Assembly: GCA_964501365.1 (NCBI GenBank)
Contig: CAZCST010000030.1
Location: 132,153-196,152 of the forward strand
From: an uncultured Phycisphaera sp.
Lineage (GTDB): Bacteria; Planctomycetota; Phycisphaerae; UBA1845
Reading direction: 5' to 3'
Length of the DNA stretch: 64,000 bases
Positions 1 through 9,474 of this stretch are shown here, one piece after another; position 1 is the stretch's first letter; the number at the start of each line of letters is the position of its first letter. The position numbers were made by a program, and so were the translations under genes. The notes beneath the pieces are model-generated. The model saw only the letters and a program-made list of their open reading frames with translations. It ran no database searches and had not been told where the DNA came from.

Positions 1-1566
1 GAGCAAATCGGAAAATCCGCGGCCGATGTTCTGCTCGACGGAGACTATGCTTACATGGATGCCGTCGGAAATCTCCAGCCCGCGAGGTGGGATATCACCG
101 GCGTTTCGGAGCCCGATTGCCTTCATTGCCATTTGCCGGATCCGGCTTGGAATGGAGGTGCAAATAACGGGCGATACACCCGCCGTGCGGCGGCCGCTGC
201 CGCAGGTGCGAGTCTCGTCGATGACTCGGGTACTCCCGTGCCTGCATTTGCGGCGGTTGGCGTGGCCGGTCAGGGCTGGTTCTCGGCCATGCCGATCGTG
301 AACGGCAAGGCAACCAAATTACAAATCGACTACAACGTCGGTGTTGCACAAGGGTTCTTGGCGCAATCGGACGACCTGAGTCTGGCGATTGCGCCGGGCG
401 TGCTCGACGTCCCGCCGCGAGACGAAGCCTGCTGGCAATGCCACGGTCCCATTGGCTGGGTCAGTTTGCGGGGCGGAGTGTGGTTCGATCAGCGCGATTT
501 TCATTATGCCAAACTGAACAATTTGCTCGATGAAAATCCGGACAACGATATCGCACCGAGAAACAGCAAGGCCTGCAACTATTGCCACCCCGGAAATATT
601 GATCACAACTTCGCCAAGGGGAACAGCCTCGTGCAGCATTCCCGACAGGAGCTGGATTGGGTCAATCTTCGCACGTGCCGGAGCTGCCATCTGGAGAACA
701 GCCCCACACGCCACCCCGATGCTCCGCCAGTGCCGGGGGACAAGCTGATTCATCTTGCGATGTGGGATGCGCCGGACAAGCTCTCCTGCCAGGCATGTCA
801 TATTCCGCAGCCCTGGTCCGCTCCGACACAAATGCGGGCATTTCGGGATTCGTCACTTGGAGGGCCGAGCATTACATATCAGGCCAGCCTGTTTTATTCC
901 GCCGATCCGCAAGACCCGAATGCCTCGGATAAGTCTTCCTGGTATCCGGGCCTGTATCCGAAAGTCGATGAAGATGGCGTGGTACGACTCTTTCCAGCCA
1001 TTCCTCCAAACCTCAGCATTTATTGGGGAAATCTGTACGATCGCGGAACACCACAACGAAGCGACGATCTGGTGATTCCGATTGCAACGTGGAGGTTCAA
1101 CCAGATCATTGGAAACCAGCCTCTTCCCGTCGTCACCGACGATAACAACGACGGAAAGCTGGAAATCAATCGACCAGAGGAAATGCTCGCGTATATGGCC
1201 GCGCTAAAGGGCGTCGATAGTTATGGCGAACAAGTAGCGGCCAATCCCGTTCTTGTGAAAGGCCGACAAATTTGGTTTGAGGATGCCGGCGCGCCTGGCG
1301 GCGTAGGTTCATTCGATGCCGAGGTTGAGGGAGTGAAGGCGGAGGGTGAGACCGGCACTTGGGGAATCAATCACAACGTCCGTCGTGCCGGGGAAGCCTG
1401 GGGATATGATGCCGCAAATCCAGCCGCCGGCTGCCGGGATTGTCACCGTCCCAACACGATGGACTCCCCTGTGTTCGACAGGCTGATTCTAATTGATCCG
1501 TTTGGTCTCGACGGTAAGCCGGTGTATGCATCCGTTCGCGAACTTACGGGATTGAATCCTCCCTGA
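1..1566 (+). CDS. Multiheme c-type cytochrome (six CxxCH motifs), 5'-truncated by the window edge
   Basis: Frame 1 is open from nt 1 with no stop before the first ATG at 55, so the gene probably continues upstream. Heme-c motifs: CLHCH, CWQCH, CNYCH, CRSCH, CQACH, CRDCH. The family cannot be assigned by eye. Confidence 0.75.
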   Translation, partial: EQIGKSAADVLLDGDYAYMDAVGNLQPARWDITGVSEPDCLHCHLPDPAWNGGANNGRYTRRAAAAAAGASLVDDSGTPVPAFAAVGVAGQGWFSAMPIVNGKATKLQIDYNVGVAQGFLAQSDDLSLAIAPGVLDVPPRDEACWQCHGPIGWVSLRGGVWFDQRDFHYAKLNNLLDENPDNDIAPRNSKACNYCHPGNIDHNFAKGNSLVQHSRQELDWVNLRTCRSCHLENSPTRHPDAPPVPGDKLIHLAMWDAPDKLSCQACHIPQPWSAPTQMRAFRDSSLGGPSITYQASLFYSADPQDPNASDKSSWYPGLYPKVDEDGVVRLFPAIPPNLSIYWGNLYDRGTPQRSDDLVIPIATWRFNQIIGNQPLPVVTDDNNDGKLEINRPEEMLAYMAALKGVDSYGEQVAANPVLVKGRQIWFEDAGAPGGVGSFDAEVEGVKAEGETGTWGINHNVRRAGEAWGYDAANPAAGCRDCHRPNTMDSPVFDRLILIDPFGLDGKPVYASVRELTGLNPP

Positions 1567-3409
1567 CCGGCGGAGCAGTGATTTCCTCGCGGCGCCACTG
1601 GCCTTCCTGAAGGATATCGATCTGAACCGGTTCGCCATGGTGGCGCGACTCGAAGTGTCGTTCGCCAAGAATGTCCTGTTCCATGTGCAACAACGTCCCG
1701 GCTATCGCCGCTCGTTCCGGAGGTCCCTGCTGTATCGCTGCAATCAAGTGTTCCGTTCCGTAAAAAGTCCGGCATGCGAGAGCGCCCGCAGTTCCTGAGG
1801 TGGCGGAAGCTATCGGTTGAGCACCATACTGATTGATCAGCGCCTCTGCGCAGGTCGCAGGCGATGGAGAAGAGGCCGATGCGATGACCGTCCAGCCCTC
1901 CTTCCTGACCAGGTCGGGTATTGGCGAATGAATGAGGTCTGATCCGCCTACGATCACGATTCGGCGATTCGCATCAGTGAGTCTCTGCAAGACGGGCGAC
2001 GCCTTTTGAAGATTTCCCCAGAGGAACAGGATCGCGATTCTTTCCCGATCCACGGCATCGCGGACGCGTTCCGGAGTTACCTCGGCCGCTGCAATGTAGC
2101 GAACATCATGGATTTCACGGCGGCCCACATAGGATCTGGTCCAGGCGGTCCGAAGCGCAGTCTCATATGCTGTGTCCAATTCTACTACCAACCATGAGCC
2201 ATTGTTCTTCCGGCGGACGAATTCGAGGAGGCCCCGAATTTGCCTGGGTTGATCCTCGTGGCACTGGAATATCCAGCGCTCCGAAGCAGCAAGCCCGCCC
2301 ATTTCGATCGGGTTGAGGGCCACGTTGATTGCCGGAATTTGCATGAAGTCAATCGAAGCGGCCGTGTACGGCTGGTTGTCGTCGAGATGGGCGATAAGAC
2401 CGACAACATTGGCGTTATCGGCGTATTTGACTAGGTCGTCTTCCAGCAAGCCCCATGCATATTTCGAATAGCCGGGCGCTGGCTGCCATAGCATGACTTC
2501 GGACGTCGGCTTCGCCAGACGAGCAAGCTGGACGGCAATGCGCGTCGCGGCAATGTCCGGTTGATTGCGTGTTGCCCCAACATTGGCTGGTGAAGTGTCG
2601 CCCGGAAGAACGATGCGTCTTGTGCCCGGACCCAGGATGGCGATCGTAGGATGTGATCGTTCAGGCTTTTCCTGATTTTCGCTTGTCGAAATTCGATTGT
2701 CGATTGTGCCGTTCGCCGCGGGATCGCGGTCCATGGACAAACGGGAAGCCGCGTGTTCCGACCACTGACGAGTCGCAGGTTCCCAGCGAAATTGACCGCC
2801 TGACCACATTTCGGCGAGCAGTGCGCCCTGCTCCACTCTTATGTGCACGGCAACTTGCTGCGGCACACCGGACCTCCGAGGCACGAGCAAGTCCCAGGTT
2901 TGGGAAATCGGATCGAACTCGCTGACACCACCGTTGGTGGCGGCGTACACGCGGCCTTGTCCAACGGCGACTCCGAACACCATGTCTCCGGCCAACCCGC
3001 TGTTGAACTGATCAAACACGTCAAAGCGCCCCGCCGTGAATCGGACCAGTCCCCCGCCAAGGGTTCCAATCCACAAGTCGCGGGTCGTGGGATCGATGTC
3101 GAATGAAGAGACCCGACGTACAGCATGACCATCAGCCCCACTCCATCGCCGCCACCGACCGTCCTTGAAGGCGGCCAGTCCGTCATCTCCACCGACCCAC
3201 GTTGTGCCAAAGAAATCGCGAACGACTCGAACATGGGAGAAGTCCGGCTGTCGCCACTCATCGGGACTGACAGAGAAATTGCCCTTCGTCAGTGAGCTGA
3301 CGTCCTGAGCAGCGCAGGGCAGGCGGTATAGCGTACACGTGAGCACCAAGCACGCGAGCGCAACAGAGAAATCACACCTATTGTGCTTTGAGATACGCGA
3401 TGAGGTCAT
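1544..3409 (-). CDS. Secreted two-domain protein: regulator-propeller-like repeats plus a type I periplasmic binding protein-like domain
   Basis: Hydrophobic signal-like N-terminus (VALACLVLTCTLYRLPCAAQ). Propeller-type repeats (WVGGDDGLAAF, LWIGTLGGGLVRF, VYAATNGGVSEF). The C-terminal half resembles Leu/Ile/Val-type solute-binding proteins. The ATG at 3409 overlaps the upstream gene by 32 nt. Confidence 0.5.
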   Translation of the reverse strand: MTSSRISKHNRCDFSVALACLVLTCTLYRLPCAAQDVSSLTKGNFSVSPDEWRQPDFSHVRVVRDFFGTTWVGGDDGLAAFKDGRWRRWSGADGHAVRRVSSFDIDPTTRDLWIGTLGGGLVRFTAGRFDVFDQFNSGLAGDMVFGVAVGQGRVYAATNGGVSEFDPISQTWDLLVPRRSGVPQQVAVHIRVEQGALLAEMWSGGQFRWEPATRQWSEHAASRLSMDRDPAANGTIDNRISTSENQEKPERSHPTIAILGPGTRRIVLPGDTSPANVGATRNQPDIAATRIAVQLARLAKPTSEVMLWQPAPGYSKYAWGLLEDDLVKYADNANVVGLIAHLDDNQPYTAASIDFMQIPAINVALNPIEMGGLAASERWIFQCHEDQPRQIRGLLEFVRRKNNGSWLVVELDTAYETALRTAWTRSYVGRREIHDVRYIAAAEVTPERVRDAVDRERIAILFLWGNLQKASPVLQRLTDANRRIVIVGGSDLIHSPIPDLVRKEGWTVIASASSPSPATCAEALINQYGAQPIASATSGTAGALACRTFYGTEHLIAAIQQGPPERAAIAGTLLHMEQDILGERHFESRHHGEPVQIDILQEGQWRREEITAPPVREDSIP

Positions 3410-5765
3410 TGAATTCCTGCCTGGTCAGGCCGTGTACGGCGCCGTGACGATTGATCATGTTGAAACGCGTCCAGATTTCCTCCAGGGTTTGGGCGGCGCC
3501 GTTGTGAAGGTACGGGGCACTCGCAGCGATGTCCGTCAATTGCGGCACATCCCATTCCACAGACGGCATGCCCGCGTCGGTGAAGTAATAAGTACCCAGT
3601 TCACCGAATTCGTCAGTGTTGAACAAGTCCTTCAATTCAACGGCGACCGGTGCATCGAACCACATCGTGGTGCTGACCGGGAATTTCAGGCGGTTTGTCC
3701 GATACGCTCCACTATGACAGTGGTTACAACGATTTTCCGGCGGAATCGGCGTGCCGTCGCTGGCCGTGGTGCGTTCAAATATGGCCTTGCCGCGCTTCTG
3801 AGACACATTGAGCCCCTCCGGGCTTCGAAACCGATTCGGAGGGCGCTCGATCGTGGCGATGTAATGAACCAGGTCGTCGAGGTCCTGCGGGGCAAATGGA
3901 GCCTGCCGCGTGAAGAACACGGCGAACCGTGCACCGCATTGCCGCGACAGGGAAGGGTTGGTTCCCTCCCACTTGAATGGGCCGGTGTCGAAAATCCCGC
4001 GCAGCGTGCGATTGTCCAGCGGTTTCATGCCCGGCCCATCTGCTTCAATATCGAACGTCAGTCCGTTGAGGTGGCCGTCAGGGTGACAGCTTCGACAGGA
4101 AAACTGCCGCCCAAACGTGACCTCAGCGTTGTGAAATAACTCCTCACCTTTTCGAAGCGGAGTGATTTCAGCAGGACCGTCTAGCTCAATCGTCCGCGAA
4201 ATCGTCCAGGTGGAAGCATCAATGACGCTAATGCTGTCCGAGAGCGCGTTGCAGACATAGGCGCTGCGTCCGTCCGGGGAAAAACGTACGCCGCGTGGAT
4301 TCCCTCCCACCGCAATGCGTTGCCTGACGAAATGTTCGCTCGAACCAAGATAGTCAGGTAAAGCCTCCGACTGGCGCCCGGGCTCCTGATGATCGACATA
4401 TTCCATCAACCTGGACACATCGATGACCGCCACAACATTCGCACCGCCACTTGTCACCAGCGCCCACCGACCATCAGGGCTCACGGCAATATCCATCAAG
4501 TCGGGAAGGGCGTCGTCGGGTTGATCCAGCAGCACCTGATCCACCCGGCCGCCGGGGCGTAGCACCGCAAGTCCGTTGGTGATCATCCATCCCTGAGCAA
4601 GCCGCGTTGCTGGGATCAGGTTCTTCGTCCGCATCAGAGTGACGAGAACAGTCAGGGTGTCGGGCACCCACGCGACACCCTGAAGCATGTTGCCGCCAGG
4701 AATACGAACTCGATCGATCACCAGTCCCTGAGCCGCATCAATGAATGACACTTCGGACACGGGCGGTTCGCGGAAGCGGGTTGGATTCGGCCGTACACTG
4801 GTCACGGCTGCAAGATTCCCACGGACCTGAAGCGCCTCGGACCAGGGGCCGGCCCCTGCGACCAGTCGACGAATCTCCTGTCGGGTCTGAGCGTCGATCA
4901 CACTGATGGAATCTTCGCCGGTGTTGAGTACGTAGATCCATCGGCCTGACGAATCCGTCATGACACCGTGGGGTTCTGCGCCGACTGGAATCTGCGTCAA
5001 TTCAACACCATTGGCAACATCCACAACGCTGAGCGTTCCGCTATAGGCGTTGGTGACGTACAGCGTGGTCGCACTTCCATCGAGCGTAGCCGCCTTGGGA
5101 CGGTGGCCGACATGGACTTCCTGCAGAACCACCCCTTTTTCAGCGTCGACAAATAATAGGCTGTCACTGTGTTCGGCAACGACGTACAACCGGGTGCCGT
5201 TCGGTGATACGGTCAGACTCACGGGCGTCTTGTAGTGCGAATCGGCAGGACGGCGTGAGAAATTTCCTTGTACGACTTCGCGATGCGAGGGCCGATCTGT
5301 ATGGCAAAGATGACAATCCGCGCGATCGCCCCGCTTGATGAACAGGGATTTGGCCGCCGAATATTCCCCTGATGTTTGCGATGAAACGGCAGCAATATGA
5401 GAGCTGCCGGGGCCGTGACAGCTTTCACACTGTACTCCATCGTCGGATTGGAATGTGGGTGCCCACCAGCGTGGTCCATCGTCGGCCCCCGCACTGTGGC
5501 ATTCAAGACATACCCTGGTTTCGGTCGGCCGGCCTGACACGCCGCTGAGGACCGCTATTTCCGACGCCCGAGGCGTGCTCAATAAACGGTACGAATGTGA
5601 GTGTCCGTGGATCGGCTCAAGGCGGCATTCTCCTGCCCGTCCTGAGGGCCCATGGCATGCGCTGCACGCACGAACCCCCGCGTAGCTGGAAAGAACAGGC
5701 TCCCCGGCAAGCGCACTGGGCCCTGCGACAAGGACGGCGAGAAACGGAAGGGCACGCTGATTCAT
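3378..5765 (-). CDS. Fusion protein: N-terminal tetraheme cytochrome c + YVTN-type beta-propeller + C-terminal diheme cytochrome c peroxidase/MauG-family domain
   Basis: Signal peptide. Four N-terminal motifs: CSACH, CLECH, CESCH, CHLCH. YVTN-like repeats (LYVTNAYSGTLSVVDV, IYVLNTGEDSISVIDA, AYVCNALSDSISVIDA). CCP/MauG-like C-terminus (CRSCHPDG, LDNRTLRGI..FKWEGTNPSLSRQCG, CNHCH, APYLHNGAAQTLEEI). The ATG overlaps the upstream stop (ATGA at 5762-5765). Confidence 0.75.
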   Translation of the reverse strand: MNQRALPFLAVLVAGPSALAGEPVLSSYAGVRACSACHGPSGRAGECRLEPIHGHSHSYRLLSTPRASEIAVLSGVSGRPTETRVCLECHSAGADDGPRWWAPTFQSDDGVQCESCHGPGSSHIAAVSSQTSGEYSAAKSLFIKRGDRADCHLCHTDRPSHREVVQGNFSRRPADSHYKTPVSLTVSPNGTRLYVVAEHSDSLLFVDAEKGVVLQEVHVGHRPKAATLDGSATTLYVTNAYSGTLSVVDVANGVELTQIPVGAEPHGVMTDSSGRWIYVLNTGEDSISVIDAQTRQEIRRLVAGAGPWSEALQVRGNLAAVTSVRPNPTRFREPPVSEVSFIDAAQGLVIDRVRIPGGNMLQGVAWVPDTLTVLVTLMRTKNLIPATRLAQGWMITNGLAVLRPGGRVDQVLLDQPDDALPDLMDIAVSPDGRWALVTSGGANVVAVIDVSRLMEYVDHQEPGRQSEALPDYLGSSEHFVRQRIAVGGNPRGVRFSPDGRSAYVCNALSDSISVIDASTWTISRTIELDGPAEITPLRKGEELFHNAEVTFGRQFSCRSCHPDGHLNGLTFDIEADGPGMKPLDNRTLRGIFDTGPFKWEGTNPSLSRQCGARFAVFFTRQAPFAPQDLDDLVHYIATIERPPNRFRSPEGLNVSQKRGKAIFERTTASDGTPIPPENRCNHCHSGAYRTNRLKFPVSTTMWFDAPVAVELKDLFNTDEFGELGTYYFTDAGMPSVEWDVPQLTDIAASAPYLHNGAAQTLEEIWTRFNMINRHGAVHGLTRQEFNDLIAYLKAQ

Positions 5766-7156
5766 GGTTCAGTACGTTGCTGCGTTTGGGTCGCAGGATT
5801 CAGGAAACGATCGGCACGCTCCGGCAATCGGAGTTTTTGGGCCGGTTTACGAAGCGCCAGCACATGGCGATTCGGCGGTGATAGCTTAGGATCTTCATGA
5901 CAGCCGATGCACCCGCGCCGCTCGCCGGGCATGAGCCATGTCCAGCTTTTCATTCCACGTACTACCTCGCCATCCTGGCCGACCAATTCGAGACGGATCG
6001 GGGTTCGCGCTGGCACTTCGAGAAAAAAGGATCCATCGTCCTCAACGCTAACCTCACCAAGCATGCGCTCGGAAACGCCGTCCCCCTGGGTTTGTGCCTC
6101 AAGAACGCGAACACGCTGGACCTTTCGATTCAGGGGTGAATTGAATTCCGTGATCGTACTGTCAAGGCAATAGAGACTCGCACCTGCCGAATCGCGCACG
6201 ACACTCGAATGTCCTGCGTGATCCCGGTACGGGGCGACAACAACCGGGTCGGTCTCATCCCATTCTACGCTGTCGTAAAAGATGTCCCTGGGGCCGCCAT
6301 GTGGGTCCAGTGCCACTACGCCCATCGATTTCGTGCCGTCGAGGAACACAGATTCAAGCATGCGGCCATCCGAAAGGCGGCGTCGTGCGAATGGAGCCTC
6401 GCCGGATTTGACGGAATCGGTGAACGCAGGTTCTGAAACGGTTTCAGGGCCGAGAAAGGAACTGGGCGGCGCATATGCCCTCAAGTCCGTTCCATCCACA
6501 TGTACGATGAACTGTTCGGCGAGTCCTGAATTCTCGCGAACGGCGCGCGGGAGATCCGAAAGACAAAACGCCAGGCGTCCGTCCGGTAGCGGTGTAGGGT
6601 TCACCACTCCCAACGGCGTAAACGTAATTTGCCTGCGATCCGATCCATCCACGCGGCTGGTGAAAATGACGGCAGGGCTGGCAGCTTTGGGCTGACAGAC
6701 AAAGGCGATCCTGTGGCTGGGGGCGGGATCGTCAAGCGTGTAGAGCGTGGATAGATACTCCGCTTGAATGCAGTCGCCGTCACAACCAATGATCTCGCGT
6801 TGCTCAGCGCCGTCGGACCGCATCTCCCATACACTTAGGTGCCTTGAACGATCCTCCCTGCCAACAAACAGGATTCTCGAAGCGTCAGACGAAACCCTCG
6901 GCCGAGCGGCCGTATCGAAGTTCGGCGTCAATAGCTCCACATGGGCTCCTTCCATGAGCAGCGCAATTTTGCTTTGAGGACGCGGTACGTAAGACGCCTT
7001 TGCCCCCGATGCAACGGCGATTTTGGGTGATTGGGTATAAGCGACTACGTCCGAAATCGGCTGGCCTCGAGGGGTGTAGTTTTCGGCCCCAGCCCTCACG
7101 CCGGTAATCACAATTACCCCGCAAAAAACGAATGCCGAAAAATCGCCCATCCCCAT
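5762..7156 (-). CDS. HzsA-like protein: PD40/TolB-like beta-propeller plus a heme-c module resembling the hydrazine synthase alpha middle domain (single CxxCH)
   Basis: The ORF opens at 7294, but a signal-peptide-like start MGMGDFSAFVFCGVIVITGVRAGA begins at 7156 or 7150. PD40-like strand ILFVGREDRSRHLSVWEMRSDG. The C-terminal block LGEVSVEDDGSFFLEVPARTPIRLELVGQDGEVVRGMKSWTWLMPGERRGCIGCHEDP matches my memory of the HZS_alpha family pattern. Confidence 0.6.
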   Translation of the reverse strand: MGMGDFSAFVFCGVIVITGVRAGAENYTPRGQPISDVVAYTQSPKIAVASGAKASYVPRPQSKIALLMEGAHVELLTPNFDTAARPRVSSDASRILFVGREDRSRHLSVWEMRSDGAEQREIIGCDGDCIQAEYLSTLYTLDDPAPSHRIAFVCQPKAASPAVIFTSRVDGSDRRQITFTPLGVVNPTPLPDGRLAFCLSDLPRAVRENSGLAEQFIVHVDGTDLRAYAPPSSFLGPETVSEPAFTDSVKSGEAPFARRRLSDGRMLESVFLDGTKSMGVVALDPHGGPRDIFYDSVEWDETDPVVVAPYRDHAGHSSVVRDSAGASLYCLDSTITEFNSPLNRKVQRVRVLEAQTQGDGVSERMLGEVSVEDDGSFFLEVPARTPIRLELVGQDGEVVRGMKSWTWLMPGERRGCIGCHEDPKLSPPNRHVLALRKPAQKLRLPERADRFLNPATQTQQRTEP

Positions 7157-7262
7157 GCCCAATCTTCCCTGCAATTTCGGGGCCAGACCTATCTTTTGGC
7201 ACGTGGATTGCTGATACTTTTTGCGTAATTGGACCTCAGGAAAGGAACTTACATTGACGCGG

Positions 7263-7757
7263 ATGAATTCAACAAAAGGCCATCGCCGGCCCACAATAGC
7301 GGACTCGTCGCGGATTCCTAAGAAAGCGATTCACAATCCCGCAGTGCTTTGCGAAGCTTACCACTACGAAAACCCGGTGGCCTTTTCACGGGGGATGCGC
7401 GTCGAGCTGGATGGTTGTTCCATGATTATCATCTCTGGCACGGCCAGTGTGGACGAAAAGGGTCGCTCCGTTCATGCGGGCGATTTCGTGGCTCAGGCGA
7501 AGCGCGCCTTTAACAACATTGCATCATTGTTGGCCGGCGAAGGCGCTGATTGGCATGATGTAGTCCGTACCACCTGCTACCTCGTCGATTTCCGCCATTA
7601 CAAGGATTTCAATGAAGTCCGGAACACCTTTTACGGCGAACTCGGCCTCAATCCGCTGCCTGCCAGCACCTGCGTGCAAGCCGGGCTTTGTCGGCCGGAA
7701 CTCCTCGTGGAAATTGATGCAATGGCGATCGTGCCGAAAGAAAGAACCCGGGAGTGA
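7263..7757 (+). CDS. RidA/YjgF/TdcF (endoribonuclease L-PSP) family protein
   Basis: Family-typical core IIISGTASVDEKGRSVHAGDFVAQAKRAFNNIASLL..VVRTTCYLVDF..ASTCVQAGL..LVEIDAMA. The ORF opens at 7221. Met at 7263 was chosen to avoid a long N-terminal extension, so the start is uncertain. Confidence 0.75.
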   Translation: MNSTKGHRRPTIADSSRIPKKAIHNPAVLCEAYHYENPVAFSRGMRVELDGCSMIIISGTASVDEKGRSVHAGDFVAQAKRAFNNIASLLAGEGADWHDVVRTTCYLVDFRHYKDFNEVRNTFYGELGLNPLPASTCVQAGLCRPELLVEIDAMAIVPKERTRE

Positions 7758-7862
7758 CGTGAAAGCACCTTACACCTTTATGTAGCGTTCCCCCTCGGGT
7801 GTAGCACGAAGAGCATAGCTGCCGCCGACACGCACCGACACCGGATTCAACCGCTAAAGGTA

Positions 7863-9281
7863 TTATTCATCCTCTTTTGGGGGATCATCAATCAGCAGCA
7901 CGCCGCGATGGTCCGCGTCGTTAAGTCGAAACCCCACGTCTTGCGGGCGAGTGCGAACATGTTCTTTCCGCCATGCAACGTCGCCCCCGTCGTCGATTCC
8001 GTTTTCGTCCACCGAGTAGATCACGATGCCTTGTTCCGTTCGCGCTACTTTCAGCGGTTTACGGTCAAATGGATCGACCGGCACCGACGGCAGGTAGGCC
8101 GGCACAAGTTGTTCGAGCGTCCCCGGCAGATGCCCCTCCGCCAGTCGAAACCGCTCAGCAGCCAACGCTGTAATCGCACAGTCCAGCTGCGTGGATATTT
8201 TTGTGTTTAGGACGACTGTTCGCGCAAGACTAGGCATGAATATCTTCACAAACATTTGTGTTCGCGGAAGACTGGACACTTCCTGTTCCATTTTGTGCGC
8301 GGCCGCAATCAACGCCATCGAATCGTCCGCTGCGTCAATCAACATATTGAGCAACTGTGCACCACGAATCTGGTTTGAACGAACCAGGAATGTCGGCATC
8401 CGAAGAAATGGTTGGGGAAGCAAGTTACAGTCTCCCCCGACCGAGCAAATATCAACATATTGCATCGATCCACCGATGATGGCCTCGCATGTTTCAACGA
8501 AGAAAGCCCGTTCGCCCAGCAACGCCCACATGAGCGTTCCGTATTGCTTCATCGCTCGAAATTCATTGCCCATGCGTTCCAGTGACGCAGTCTCCGCCGC
8601 TCCCACTCGAAGCATCTCCTCGGCGGTTTGAATGGCCATCGCCTGAACGGAAATCTGCACCAGACGGCTGATCAATATCGGTTCATCGCTGAAGGCTCCC
8701 GCCAGCCGGCATTGTAGCGCGAAATCACGAAGGGCTCCGGCTTGGTCGGCGCTGATTAATCTAAGTTTGGCGTCCAAATGCACGAGCTTCGATGCCGCTC
8801 GAACATGGGAAGTATGAGGTAGCAACGTCTTGATGGGATCCGCTTGATCATATTGGATCGCAAATCGGCCGCTGGGCATCTCGCCTATATCTTCAAGTTT
8901 TGTAAGTATGTCCTGGTGTTTCGACAGGAACTCCCGTGCCAATTCGAGGCGTCCTCGTTTGAGACCGGTGAAAAAATCGCCGGTCTCATTCGATCCGGAG
9001 CCCAGCGAATCGAGCGTAACAGCCCCGCCCCGCTGTTCCGCAAGGGCAGCCGATAGACCTTCTATGATGCGAGCGCTGTTTTGATCATCCGGAATGACCG
9101 CCCGTCGGGCTTCGATTTCCGCAAAAGTCAGCGGCTGTCCCTTCGCCCGCAGCGACGCAGCGTATGCCTCCCATTCCCGCGTCCCGGCCGCGCCCAGCGA
9201 AACAATGATGATCCAGATCGTCGCCCCCACGCCGATCATCCCCAAAAGGACTTTCGCCCAGATATTTCCGTTTCGCTTCAT
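7863..9281 (-). CDS. Hypothetical membrane-anchored protein (single N-terminal TM, large helical domain)
   Basis: The long ORF opens at 9371. The likely start is MKRNGNIWAKVLLGMIGVGATIWIIIVSL at 9281, which forms a TM anchor. No recognisable catalytic motif. Last gene of the TPM/LemA operon. Confidence 0.5.
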   Translation of the reverse strand: MKRNGNIWAKVLLGMIGVGATIWIIIVSLGAAGTREWEAYAASLRAKGQPLTFAEIEARRAVIPDDQNSARIIEGLSAALAEQRGGAVTLDSLGSGSNETGDFFTGLKRGRLELAREFLSKHQDILTKLEDIGEMPSGRFAIQYDQADPIKTLLPHTSHVRAASKLVHLDAKLRLISADQAGALRDFALQCRLAGAFSDEPILISRLVQISVQAMAIQTAEEMLRVGAAETASLERMGNEFRAMKQYGTLMWALLGERAFFVETCEAIIGGSMQYVDICSVGGDCNLLPQPFLRMPTFLVRSNQIRGAQLLNMLIDAADDSMALIAAAHKMEQEVSSLPRTQMFVKIFMPSLARTVVLNTKISTQLDCAITALAAERFRLAEGHLPGTLEQLVPAYLPSVPVDPFDRKPLKVARTEQGIVIYSVDENGIDDGGDVAWRKEHVRTRPQDVGFRLNDADHRGVLLIDDPPKEDE

Positions 9282-9474
9282 AACAGCCACGCTCGAACTC
9301 CTCTGGATTCCCTTCCCGTTGCAGGCGAGATCAGCGCATGACGCCTCCGTCAGCAGGCCAGTCGCCCTCAACCTGTACTACGGAATTCCAGGTCCGAACT
9401 CGCAAAAGAACTGGGCCAGCCCGGCCAATGCCTGGCTGTGCGCAGCAAGTCCGAAAAGCGTTTCGCCCCGCACG

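Noticed and set aside
1-7294. Calling the heme operon a bona fide hydrazine synthase, or the organism an anammox bacterium
   Set aside because: The alpha-like protein has one CxxCH, not two. The gamma-like part carries an extra tetraheme domain. The window is GC-rich and shows no hydrazine dehydrogenase or other anammox marker. Only architectural analogy is supported.
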